The notes beneath the pieces are model-generated. The model had not been told where the DNA came from. It did not search any database and saw only the letters and a list, made by a program, of their open reading frames with translations. The position numbers were made by a program, and so were the translations under genes. From an uncultured Gammaproteobacteria bacterium (GTDB lineage: Bacteria; Patescibacteriota; Patescibacteriia; Patescibacteriales; UBA12465): DNA of 64,000 nt. Shown here one piece after another: positions 54,210 through 63,258 of this stretch. The stretch spans positions 225,839 to 289,838 of the forward strand of contig CAYPAP010000001.1 of assembly GCA_964408775.1 (NCBI GenBank). The letters run 5' to 3'. The first letter of the stretch is position 1; each line of letters begins with the position of its first letter.

Positions 54210-54227
54210 GAGTCCCTTAGGGTCCAC
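54210..54227 (+). repeat. attR core
   Basis: GAGTCCCTTAGGGTCCAC, identical to 45994-46011. It is followed by AAAAAAG plus an imperfect hairpin AAGACTTCC-GACG-GGAGCTCTT and a T-run, probably the native tRNA terminator. Confidence 0.8.
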
Positions 54228-54333
54228 AAAAAAGAAAGACTTCCGACGGGAGCTCTTTTTTATTTTTAAAAGTTTGCTATAATAATTCTAGAAAGAATAA
54301 TAAAAATTAACAAATAAAACTTAAACCAATTCT

Positions 54334-55269
54334 ATGAAAATAATAGCCATAATAAGCCTGCTTATTTTATTTTTAGCTCTAAGCAAGTTTGCTGACTTAA
54401 TTGTTTTAAACATAAGAAAGATAGGAGAGAAACTAGGTATAAAAATATTTGTGCTGGGTATGATACTCGGAATAATGACTGGCCTACCAGAAATGGCCAT
54501 TGGAATAAACTCCATAGTCAATGACATAGCTATTATATCTTTTGGAAATTTAATGGGCGGAATTATTGTTTTATTTGGATTGATTTTATCTATTAGTATA
54601 ATATTAAATCGAAAAATACACACTGAAAAAAAATCATGGCCCTTTTTAATTATTCTATCATTCTTGTTTCTCCCTTTAATCCTAAGCTTAAAAGGAGAAT
54701 TAAATTTTTTTGATGGTCTAATATTAATATCTGGTTACATCGCACTTATTTATTACTTATATAAAAAAAATAATAAAAACACCTCTCCTGAAATAAAAAT
54801 AGTAAATAAAAAAGATATTAACCGCCACATTTTTTTTATAATAATAGGAATGATCGGCTTGGTAGTGTCTTCAGAATTAATAGTTAAAACTACTCTTTTT
54901 ATATTAAAAGACTATAACATATCTGCCTTTATTATAGGCTTAATCTTTTATTCAGTAGGGACAAATTTACCAGAATTAATTATTGCCGTTAGGTCATTTA
55001 AAAGAAAGATCGGGGAACTATCTTTTAGCAACCTAATTGGCTCAGCTATGGGCAATGTCTTGATGTTAGGAATTTTAAGTTTTATTAAAAACATAGAAAT
55101 AAAAATAGGACCTTCTTATTTGTTTTTAGTTATTTTTGTTTTAATATTCTTTTCTTTTTTATACTTTTTCTACCGCAGCGACAGACTTCTAAGCCGCCGA
55201 GAAGGGTTTGCTATTCTTTTTATGTATCTAATATTTATCTTCGGGCAAATTTTTATACAAATAACCTAA
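54334..55269 (+). CDS. Ca2+/Na+ antiporter (CaCA family, YrbG-like)
   Basis: Ten or so TM helices with the two alpha-repeat motifs GLPEMAIGI..... and GTNLPELIIAV. Confidence 0.8.
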   Translation: MKIIAIISLLILFLALSKFADLIVLNIRKIGEKLGIKIFVLGMILGIMTGLPEMAIGINSIVNDIAIISFGNLMGGIIVLFGLILSISIILNRKIHTEKKSWPFLIILSFLFLPLILSLKGELNFFDGLILISGYIALIYYLYKKNNKNTSPEIKIVNKKDINRHIFFIIIGMIGLVVSSELIVKTTLFILKDYNISAFIIGLIFYSVGTNLPELIIAVRSFKRKIGELSFSNLIGSAMGNVLMLGILSFIKNIEIKIGPSYLFLVIFVLIFFSFLYFFYRSDRLLSRREGFAILFMYLIFIFGQIFIQIT

Positions 55270-55341
55270 TTGAATATTCTTTTAAAAAAACAGTCCCTGA
55301 GGGACTGTTTTTTAAATTTACAATATGCTTTTTAGTAAAAT

Positions 55342-56085
55342 CTAGAATCTTTCTCCTGGATCCTCACAAGAATTTTCAGAACATTCTTTTAATTTAGCCT
55401 CCATTTCTGCGCCAAGAGCATCTGAAAAGCCAACCCAATATTTATCCCCGATAAAAGTCATAGGAACACCTTGAACTGAGGTTCCATAAGAAGCTGCTAG
55501 GCTTTCCAAAGAATCTCTATTTTCTGGGTTATTCCAAGTTTCAAAATCTTTTATTTCAATATTGGGGTATTTACTAAGCCAAGAATCCATAGCCTCTTTC
55601 TGTCTTTCACAGTAAGGACAGCCATCTCCCCAGAAAAAATAAACTAAAACTTTTTCATCCCCTAAAGATCCTTCTAGCACTTGCGAATTATCATCGTTAT
55701 TAATAGCATCAGCGTCTTCAATAAATTCTTGCTCGCCTAAAGACTCGCCCTCACTATCATTTAAGGTCTCTTCTAACTCGCTTATATTATATGCCTGAGG
55801 AAATAAAACTTCACCATCGCTACTAATATAAGATTCTACTAATTCACCGTCCCCTAAGTCAATATAAAATTTATAAAGACCAGTTTGGGCATCCTTTTCA
55901 ATTTTCTGAATGCTTACCGGATAAGCTGGGTCCATGAAGTTAGTATTAATAAATTGCTCTGCTTTAACCTGAGCCTCTTCTGGCGTTAATTCTTTTTCTT
56001 TTTTCAGCCCACAGGCTGATAAAAAAACCAGAGAAAGAATTGCTACCAAGAAAATAGACTTCTTTAACATTCTTTTTTTAAACAT
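55342..56085 (-). CDS. thioredoxin-fold lipoprotein
   Basis: Signal peptide with lipobox (LVFLSAC), and a CPYC redox motif in the C-terminal thioredoxin-like domain. Confidence 0.65.
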   Translation of the reverse strand: MFKKRMLKKSIFLVAILSLVFLSACGLKKEKELTPEEAQVKAEQFINTNFMDPAYPVSIQKIEKDAQTGLYKFYIDLGDGELVESYISSDGEVLFPQAYNISELEETLNDSEGESLGEQEFIEDADAINNDDNSQVLEGSLGDEKVLVYFFWGDGCPYCERQKEAMDSWLSKYPNIEIKDFETWNNPENRDSLESLAASYGTSVQGVPMTFIGDKYWVGFSDALGAEMEAKLKECSENSCEDPGERF

Positions 56086-56197
56086 AAGTTATTTCACTCC
56101 TTAAAAAAATTAAAGAGCTTAAAATTAATTATAAATACTTTTAAAATTCCTAAAAAATTATATCACAAAGCCAAAAAAACAACAAATTTTTACTGGG

Positions 56198-57598
56198 CTA
56201 CTCTTTCTTCCCGTGAATTTTTTTATTTTTTCGAACTGTAACCTTTACTGGTGTCCCAAAAAATCCAAAATGCTCTCTAATTCTATTTTCTAAAAATCGA
56301 AGATAAGATTTATGTAAATCCTCCTTCGAACCAATCTTTATTTCAAATTTTGGCGGATTAACCCAGAACTGTTTTAAGCTATAAACACGAGGATGTTTGA
56401 TACCTTTGCCCTTAGAGGGTTTGTGAATTTTTATCATCTTAGAGAGAAAGCGATCTAATGTGTTTTCATTTATTTCCATTTTTCTAGATTCATCTATTTT
56501 TAAAACCAAATCGAAGATCTTATTAGTTTTTTCTCCGGTTAAAGACGAAACAAATAAAATTGGCGCCCATAAAATAAACGGGAAATGCATATTAATATGA
56601 TGGGTCCATTTTTTTGTATCACGCTCTTTAATCAAGTCCCACTTATTAGCAATAACGATAAAACTTTTTCCTAAGTCTACAATTTCTTCTATTATTTTAG
56701 AGTCCTGTTTGGTTATCTCTTCATTTATATCTACTACCAACAAAACGATATCAGCCTTTCTCAGGGTTTGCATTGATTTTATTATTCCATATTTCTCAAG
56801 CCCTTTAGTTTTTTGACCTTTTCGGCTAATTCCGGCTGTATCAATAATATTTATTTCCTTATTTTTATAAATAATTTCGGTATTTTGTGGTTCTCTGGTA
56901 GTGTGAGGCATATCACTAACAATAACTCGCTCGTAACCCAGAAGTGAATTTAAAAGAGAGGATTTCCCAACATTTGGTTTACCAATTATACATAAATTAA
57001 TTTTATCTAATTCATTCTTAGCCTCTTCTTTTTTCTTTTTAATTTTATTTTTTTCAAAGAATGAAACAGCTAGATCCAAGAGGTCTCCCAAGCCAGACCC
57101 AGTTGTGGCGGAAACCATTACGGGCTCACCCAAAGATAATTTATTAAAGCTACTGGCATCTAATCTTTGCTTGAAATTATCAACTTTATTAACAACTAGA
57201 ATTGTTTTTTTCTGATAATCTCTCTTTTTAATAAACTTAACCATTTCTTTATCTTCCGGTAACAACCCCGTCTTATTATCGACTACAAAAAAAAGCAAGT
57301 CCGCTCTATTTATAAGTTCATAAACTTGCTTTTGTGATTTTTGCTCTACTTTTTCTAGTCCAACAAGTTCTTGATCCATCTTCTTTTTCAGCCCCTCAAT
57401 TTTTATAACTCCCGCCGTATCTATTAACTGAAAGTCTATTGTTCGCCAATTTAAAATATTATAATTAAAATCCCTGGTGGTATTTTCGACGGGCGAAACT
57501 ATAGCTTGATTTTTTTCTATCAAACGATTAAAAAGAGTCGATTTCCCAACATTGGTTCGACCAATTATTACTATTAAAGGTAGGTTGTCTTTTATCAT
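56198..57598 (-). CDS. der: ribosome-associated GTPase Der (EngA)
   Basis: Two tandem G domains (GRTNVGKSTLFN; GKPNVGKSSLLN) plus a KH-like C-terminus. Confidence 0.9.
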   Translation of the reverse strand: MIKDNLPLIVIIGRTNVGKSTLFNRLIEKNQAIVSPVENTTRDFNYNILNWRTIDFQLIDTAGVIKIEGLKKKMDQELVGLEKVEQKSQKQVYELINRADLLFFVVDNKTGLLPEDKEMVKFIKKRDYQKKTILVVNKVDNFKQRLDASSFNKLSLGEPVMVSATTGSGLGDLLDLAVSFFEKNKIKKKKEEAKNELDKINLCIIGKPNVGKSSLLNSLLGYERVIVSDMPHTTREPQNTEIIYKNKEINIIDTAGISRKGQKTKGLEKYGIIKSMQTLRKADIVLLVVDINEEITKQDSKIIEEIVDLGKSFIVIANKWDLIKERDTKKWTHHINMHFPFILWAPILFVSSLTGEKTNKIFDLVLKIDESRKMEINENTLDRFLSKMIKIHKPSKGKGIKHPRVYSLKQFWVNPPKFEIKIGSKEDLHKSYLRFLENRIREHFGFFGTPVKVTVRKNKKIHGKKE

Positions 57599-57604
57599 AA
57601 CTGT

Positions 57605-59080
57605 TTAAAATTTATTCTTACTAGCATTTTCTCCTAATATAATAAGGAAATCGGGGACCTCTCGCTCTTCTGGCCCAGATTCATTTTTAATTTCTTCGGC
57701 CAACCAAGCGGGCAAATTCAATTGAACATCAGCCTGTAAAAAATCTTTTAAGTATTTTAAAGCATCTTTTTTGCCACCATAGGTAAGGTCATATATAACT
57801 GATTCTTTAAGGTCTCTTTGGCTAGAGTTACTTATTCTAAGAATTTCAAAATTATTTTTATCTAAATCTATTGCTGTTTGATTAGCCAAACCATTTATCC
57901 AAGTTCCATTTTTTATTTCTAGCTTAGCTGACTGAACATTTTCCAAAACAACTTCGTCAATTGAAGGAGATTTGGTTGAAGATGTCTTGCTTGTTTTTTC
58001 AGGGAAAAAAGTATTTACTAAATATCTAATTTCGCTATAGTCTCCCCCTCTAGGGGTTAGGATGTAAGCTCCGGCTTCGCTGCGACCTGGCACCAAAAGC
58101 CCACTAGGGCCATCATCTAAAACATAATTAGAAATATCATCACTAGTAACATCTTTAAACATTTGCCAAAGTTTCAACCCCTCCCAAACTTTTAAATTAA
58201 AAAGTAAGTTGTCGTTTAATTCTGAAATAATAGAGGCTACCATAGACGGGCGCAATAGATTTTCAGTCGATAATAACTTGTCTTTAACAGCTTGGATGAT
58301 TTTTTGCTGTCTCTTGGCGCGAGCGAAATCAGAACCTTCAACACCCAAGGCATGACGAGATCGAGCATATTTTAAGGATAAACTTCCGTCCATTTTTTGC
58401 CAACCTTTTTCAATGTGTAAATGTTCATAACGAGCATAATAATCTTCATAATCCTCTCTTCCGGAGATTGGATAACGATAATCTGATAAAGTATTTTCAA
58501 CATAAACCTCAACACCACCCAAGTGATCAATAATATTAATAAAACCGCTAAAATCAATTCTAAAATAATAGTGAATAGGGATATCTAAAATATCACTAAC
58601 AGCCTGGGAAACAGCTTCTCCTCCGCTACCTGTTTTTTTTCTCTCCGCTAAGGCGTTGATGGCATTTATTTTTTGCCAGCCCATTCCTTCGACCATAATC
58701 ATCATGTCTCGAGGTATGGACATCATAGCTACTTCCTTAGTAGAGGGCTTTAAACTAGCCAATATAATAGTGTCTGTCAGATACCCACCATCATGATTTT
58801 TTCCTCCCATTCCTAGAAGTAAAACATTTATTCTATCTTGAGGCTCTCCTTTTAATTTTTTATCAGAGCTATCTACTAGTCCTATTAATTTTCCGAGAAT
58901 TGGCACTTTTCCAGCCCAGGATTCTGAGGCGTCACCGGAAATAAGGGCAGTGGCAGTGAATAAAATGAAAAAAGCCAGTAAAAAACCGGTTATTTTTAAG
59001 CCCAATCTCTTTTTACGAGGGGCTTTTTTCTGTATGTTTCGCATCAATTCTTCTTCCATTTTTTTCTTAAAATCAATCAT
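57605..59080 (-). CDS. LytR-CpsA-Psr (LCP) family cell-wall glycopolymer transferase
   Basis: TM anchor and LCP core (INVLLLGMGG...DTIILASL...SIPRD...R.R). Confidence 0.85.
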   Translation of the reverse strand: MIDFKKKMEEELMRNIQKKAPRKKRLGLKITGFLLAFFILFTATALISGDASESWAGKVPILGKLIGLVDSSDKKLKGEPQDRINVLLLGMGGKNHDGGYLTDTIILASLKPSTKEVAMMSIPRDMMIMVEGMGWQKINAINALAERKKTGSGGEAVSQAVSDILDIPIHYYFRIDFSGFINIIDHLGGVEVYVENTLSDYRYPISGREDYEDYYARYEHLHIEKGWQKMDGSLSLKYARSRHALGVEGSDFARAKRQQKIIQAVKDKLLSTENLLRPSMVASIISELNDNLLFNLKVWEGLKLWQMFKDVTSDDISNYVLDDGPSGLLVPGRSEAGAYILTPRGGDYSEIRYLVNTFFPEKTSKTSSTKSPSIDEVVLENVQSAKLEIKNGTWINGLANQTAIDLDKNNFEILRISNSSQRDLKESVIYDLTYGGKKDALKYLKDFLQADVQLNLPAWLAEEIKNESGPEEREVPDFLIILGENASKNKF

Positions 59081-59120
59081 ATTTAAACAATAAAAATTCC
59101 AATTAAATTGGCTTAATACT

Positions 59121-59149
59121 ATTATAATTTAAAAAATATGTTTTGGCAA
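59121..59149 (-). promoter_or_regulatory. candidate promoter for the LCP gene
   Basis: The minus strand reads TTGCCA-N17-TATAAT, 41 nt upstream of the start at 59080. Confidence 0.3.
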
Positions 59150-59218
59150 ACTGATATAAATATGCTATAATCAAAAAGAAGGAAGACCTGCTTTTTATCA
59201 AGTTTTGGAACAATCATT

Positions 59219-59446
59219 TTAGGCTTTTACCTGTTTATGGTCGTGATCATAAATATTAAAAGCTGAGGCAAATTCGTTTGGAAATATATGAAATGGATTT
59301 TCTATTTTAATAGTTTTTACTCGACTCCATGTAAATGGAGACTCGTTATACTGAGTTTGCCAAAATCTTGATAAAACAAGCAGGCTTTCTTTGTTTTTTT
59401 TAAATAAACAGAAAATTAAAAATAAAGTAGCCACTACAGAAGTCAT
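59219..59446 (-). CDS. hypothetical small protein
   Basis: 75 aa with an N-terminal hydrophobic helix. No family recognised. Confidence 0.3.
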   Translation of the reverse strand: MTSVVATLFLIFCLFKKNKESLLVLSRFWQTQYNESPFTWSRVKTIKIENPFHIFPNEFASAFNIYDHDHKQVKA

Positions 59447-59456
59447 TTTCTAAAAA

Positions 59457-61304
59457 CTATTCTACGGTTACTGACTTAGCTAAATTTCTTGGTTGGTCAA
59501 CGTTACAACCACGAAGTACAGCGATGTGATAAGCTAAAAGCTGTAAGGGAATAATTGTTAACAGTGGACTAAACATCTCATCAACATTAGGAACCTCGAT
59601 AACATGATCTGCTAATTCTTTAATCTTAATATCTCCTTCACTAACAATGGCTATCACCTTGCCTTTACGAGCTTTGATTTCGCAAATATTACTAATAACT
59701 TTTTCATAAATATTATCATGTGGAGCAATAACAATCACTGGCATGTTTTCGTCGATTAAGGCAATGGGTCCGTGCTTCATTTCTGCAGCAGGATAACCCT
59801 CGGCATGAATATATGATATTTCTTTTAGCTTCAAAGCTCCCTCCAACGCTACCGGAAAACTAACTCCGCGCCCCAAGAATAAGCAATTACTTACATCTTT
59901 GTATTGCTGCGCAATTTTATAAGCGACATCATTAGTTTTTAGGGTTTTCTCTATTAACTTAGGTATATTTTCAAGTTCGCTGAGCCAAATGCTCATTTTT
60001 TCTTTGCTCAAACTGCCTCTAACCTGGGCCACTGCCAAGGCCATTAAGGCTAATACTGAAACTTGAGCCGTAAAAGACTTTGTAGAGGCCACACCAATCT
60101 CTGGCCCAGCATGAGTATAGGCTCCAGTATGACTATTTCTAGGGATAGAAGACCCCACAACATTACACAAGCCAAAAATAGTAGCCCCCTTTTCTTTAGC
60201 AAGATCCATCGCAGCCAAGGTGTCAGCTGTTTCACCGCTTTGAGAAATAGCAACAACTAAATCATCGGGATAAATTATTGGATTACGATAGCGAAACTCA
60301 GAAGCATACTCAACGTCCACTGGCAAGCGAGCGATTTCTTCAAAAAGATAACGTCCAACCAAACCGGCGTGCCAACTAGTTCCGCAACCAATCATTATTA
60401 GTCTTTTTATTGATTTTAATTTTTCAGCATAATCTTGCAGACTACGCATTTCTACACTAACATCTTTCAAATTTATTCTGCCTCTAATAGAATCAAAAAC
60501 TGATTTAGCTTGCTCATTAATTTCTTTAATCATAAAATGAGGAAAACCACCTTTTTCAATTTGCTCCAAGTTTAATTCTAATTTTTCAACGTAAGTACTT
60601 TTTAAAACGTTCTGAATTGTTTTAATTTGCAAATCATTGTTTTTAATAATCGCCATTTCTCCATCTTTTAAATAAACAACATCTTGAGTATATTCAGCTA
60701 TGGGGGTGGCGTCGCTAGCTAAAAAATACTCTCCCTTTTCATGCCCTACTCCAATAACTAAGGGACTGCCTTTTCTAGCAGCAATCAACTTATGCGCTTC
60801 ATTTTTATCAAGGACTACAATAGCGTAAGCACCAATAACATTATTTAAGGCTAATCGCACCGCTTCTTCAGTAGAAGTTTTTTCATTTTTTTTAATATCT
60901 TCGATTAGATAAACCAAGACCTCGGTGTCTGTTTGAGAGATAAAATTATATCCCCTGGAGATTAACTCCTCTTTCAAGGAGCTGTAGTTTTCAATAATCC
61001 CGTTATGAATAATGGCCAAGTCACCAGACTGAGAAACGTGAGGATGAGCATTAACATCATTTGGCTCGCCGTGTGTTGCCCAGCGAGTATGAGCTATCCC
61101 AATATTACCACTAACATCCATTTTTTCTGCCTCAATTTTATTTTCTAAATCAATAACCTTGCCTTTGGTTTTATAGGTGTTCAAAGTGTCAGAGATTATG
61201 GCTATCCCGGCACTATCATAACCACGGTATTCTAAGCGCTTTAGCCCTTTTATCAAAATAGGGTAAGCAGCTGAAGGACCAATATATGAAACAATGCCAC
61301 ACAT
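59457..61304 (-). CDS. glmS: glutamine--fructose-6-phosphate aminotransferase
   Basis: MCGIVSYIG (Cys nucleophile), two SIS domains, and the C-terminal NLAKSVTVE. Confidence 0.95.
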   Translation of the reverse strand: MCGIVSYIGPSAAYPILIKGLKRLEYRGYDSAGIAIISDTLNTYKTKGKVIDLENKIEAEKMDVSGNIGIAHTRWATHGEPNDVNAHPHVSQSGDLAIIHNGIIENYSSLKEELISRGYNFISQTDTEVLVYLIEDIKKNEKTSTEEAVRLALNNVIGAYAIVVLDKNEAHKLIAARKGSPLVIGVGHEKGEYFLASDATPIAEYTQDVVYLKDGEMAIIKNNDLQIKTIQNVLKSTYVEKLELNLEQIEKGGFPHFMIKEINEQAKSVFDSIRGRINLKDVSVEMRSLQDYAEKLKSIKRLIMIGCGTSWHAGLVGRYLFEEIARLPVDVEYASEFRYRNPIIYPDDLVVAISQSGETADTLAAMDLAKEKGATIFGLCNVVGSSIPRNSHTGAYTHAGPEIGVASTKSFTAQVSVLALMALAVAQVRGSLSKEKMSIWLSELENIPKLIEKTLKTNDVAYKIAQQYKDVSNCLFLGRGVSFPVALEGALKLKEISYIHAEGYPAAEMKHGPIALIDENMPVIVIAPHDNIYEKVISNICEIKARKGKVIAIVSEGDIKIKELADHVIEVPNVDEMFSPLLTIIPLQLLAYHIAVLRGCNVDQPRNLAKSVTVE

Positions 61305-61320
61305 ATTATTTATATTAATT

Positions 61321-61827
61321 TTAAAATTTACGACTATCGTAGGCCCAGTGTAAAACTGCCTGTCTTTGACGAGGACGGCAATTTAAATCTCCGCGACGAC
61401 AATTATTTATAATAGCACTGATATGTCTTTTGATGGCCCGCCATCTTTTTATTTGTCTTTTATCTTCAAGTTCTAATCTCCGACCCATATAATAACGACA
61501 ATACCACTGAAACCAACCACGTGGATCATCTTTGTGTATCCAGCCTTTTTCTCGCCAAATTTTTAGAGACTGACTAGCTCCAACCTGGAAATAATTTAGC
61601 TTAACATCGTGCTTTTGCGGTGATAATTTGGCCTTTTTGAACCAAGAAGCCGGAAATTCTTTTTGACAATCGGTCATATATTTTCCACCAAAAACTCCCA
61701 GTTCTAGCATTTCTTGAGGGCTGAGTTCTGGTTTAAAATCGGGAGAAAAATTTTTCCCAATTGGCTCGGTTAAATAATAACGATAATTTTTTTGCATTTT
61801 ATCGTTGACGATGATTAGTTTTTTCAT
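61321..61827 (-). CDS. conserved hypothetical protein
   Basis: 168 aa, Trp/Arg-rich (GWFQWYCRYYMGRR...RQIKRWRAIKRH). No name recalled. Confidence 0.55.
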   Translation of the reverse strand: MKKLIIVNDKMQKNYRYYLTEPIGKNFSPDFKPELSPQEMLELGVFGGKYMTDCQKEFPASWFKKAKLSPQKHDVKLNYFQVGASQSLKIWREKGWIHKDDPRGWFQWYCRYYMGRRLELEDKRQIKRWRAIKRHISAIINNCRRGDLNCRPRQRQAVLHWAYDSRKF

Positions 61828-61835
61828 ACAGGATG

Positions 61836-61906
61836 TCGGAATGCCCGGAATCGAACCGGGGCTACATGCACCCCATGCACGCGTACTACCATTATACTAC
61901 ACTCCG
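61836..61906 (-). tRNA. tRNA-Pro (anticodon GGG)
   Basis: Hand-folded: acceptor CGGAGTG/CATTCCG (C1-G72, one G-U), D arm GTAT-AATGGTA-GTAC, anticodon arm CGTGC-ATGGGGT-GCATG, T arm CCCGG-TTCGATT-CCGGG, discriminator A. Confidence 0.85.
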
Positions 61907-61913
61907 CTTATTA

Positions 61914-63086
61914 TTATTTTTCTAAAACAACTATTTCGCGCCAAACCTTTTGCTCGTCTCGGCCATAAACCACAGATGAAGAAATTTTAAAGCCTCCCAC
62001 CTCAGGATTCATTTTCCAAACTTTTCCCTCGGCTCTAAATTGGGGCCAAATCATCACTACTCTCCCCTTGGCTTTCAAAATTTTATAAAAAACAGTTATC
62101 GCTTTTGAATATAATTCGTTTAATTCACTAACAACCTCATCAAATTTCTTGTAACCCCTCTGCGGACCTAAATACGGCTCACAAACAATATAATCAACAG
62201 AACTTTCTTCTATTTTATCATCAAGATTTAAAACATCAGATTGAAAAACTTCAAAAATATTTTTTTCTTTTTCTTGTCCCTCTCCTTTATTAGCCCAATC
62301 AATAATCCAATCGATATTTTTAATACTATCTGAAACAGCTTTGTCTGATAAATCTGAACCAATAATTTTTTTAAAATTCATCAGGTAAGCTTCGGTTAAA
62401 ATTGTACCTGAACCACAGAAAGGATCTAATAATATTTTTTTATCATAATCTTTATCATCTCGGCGGGCTAAATTTATCATTATTTGAGCTAATTTTGGTG
62501 GAATCATGCCGGAATGATCATCTCTTTGAGGACGACCGAAGTCTCGACTCGACAAGGCCTTAAAAGGTTGAACCGCTAAAGTTTTTCCTACAAAAACTCC
62601 TTTTTTATCGGTTATTAAACATAATTCCACTCCTTTAGAGATTAAATTATTTTGTTCCACCACAACACTAGAAAGAATTTTTTCTCTAGAAGTAACCATT
62701 CGACTAGAAATCCCAATGCTTTTTAAGTCTTTTTTAACAGCTAAGCCTAATTTAAAAAAATCTCCTGGAACTCTATTATCTTCATAAAAAGAAAAGCCAA
62801 AATTAAATTTTCCTTCGGCTTCATTTTTTTTGGCACTTAAAATTATTTCATTTTTAACACCATCGGAAAGAGCTCGACGATTAGCTAAGCTAAATTCGCT
62901 CACAATTTCACCAATTTTAATAATTCCCCCTAAGGAGTTTATTAAATTAGCTATATTTAGCTCTGCTTGAAATTCAGAAATTGCCACTGTTCCATATTTA
63001 TACCAAGTATTATTAGGAAAAAGGGCTTTTATTTCAGCTAGAGACAAGTCGTTATTTGAGCCTAAGACAAAAAAGTATTTTTTCAT
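61914..63086 (-). CDS. class I SAM-dependent RNA (guanine-N2/Trm11-RlmL-like) methyltransferase, tentative specificity
   Basis: Motif I LLDPFCGSGTILTEA and motif IV variant VCEPYLG, with an N-terminal non-catalytic domain. Confidence 0.65.
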   Translation of the reverse strand: MKKYFFVLGSNNDLSLAEIKALFPNNTWYKYGTVAISEFQAELNIANLINSLGGIIKIGEIVSEFSLANRRALSDGVKNEIILSAKKNEAEGKFNFGFSFYEDNRVPGDFFKLGLAVKKDLKSIGISSRMVTSREKILSSVVVEQNNLISKGVELCLITDKKGVFVGKTLAVQPFKALSSRDFGRPQRDDHSGMIPPKLAQIMINLARRDDKDYDKKILLDPFCGSGTILTEAYLMNFKKIIGSDLSDKAVSDSIKNIDWIIDWANKGEGQEKEKNIFEVFQSDVLNLDDKIEESSVDYIVCEPYLGPQRGYKKFDEVVSELNELYSKAITVFYKILKAKGRVVMIWPQFRAEGKVWKMNPEVGGFKISSSVVYGRDEQKVWREIVVLEK

Positions 63087-63164
63087 GAAATTAAGATTAT
63101 TATATGTTTACATTATAACAGCCCAAGACAAAATTAATCAATAGGCGCCACAATATCTTTTTCT

Positions 63165-63198
63165 AAAAAAGAAAAGGGACACCATAAGTGGTATCCCC
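63165..63198 (-). terminator. rho-independent terminator candidate downstream of the GC-rich gene
   Basis: The minus strand reads GGGGATACCA-CTTA-TGGTGTCCC (one mismatch) followed by TTTTCTTTTTT. Confidence 0.45.
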
Positions 63199-63258
63199 AA
63201 AAAAATTCGAACACAAGGATCAAGAGAACAAAAAATTCAAACGTTCAAATTTCCAGTA

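Larger units (their letters stand above)
45994..54227. mobile_element. ~8.2 kb integrative island in tRNA-Ala (serine-recombinase type) carrying restriction/defence cargo
   Basis: An exact 18-bp direct repeat GAGTCCCTTAGGGTCCAC occurs at 45994-46011 and 54210-54227. The recombinase gene abuts the tRNA. All internal ORFs are on the minus strand and are accessory in nature. Confidence 0.7.

Noticed and set aside
54100-54230. RNase P RNA-like strings (GAAAGCCGGAGTC vs GAAAGUCCGGGCUC; ACAGAGTCCC)
   Set aside because: The segment is only about 165 nt, and the other conserved RNase P regions and helices are absent. The resemblance is judged coincidental.
54321-54623. 100-aa minus-strand ORF
   Set aside because: It is antisense to the 5' end of the CaCA antiporter gene.
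61305-61320. glmS ribozyme upstream of glmS
   Set aside because: Only 16 nt separate glmS from the upstream gene, which leaves no room for the ribozyme.
61805-61990. 61-aa plus-strand ORF
   Set aside because: It is the antisense translation across tRNA-Pro and the 3' end of the methyltransferase gene.
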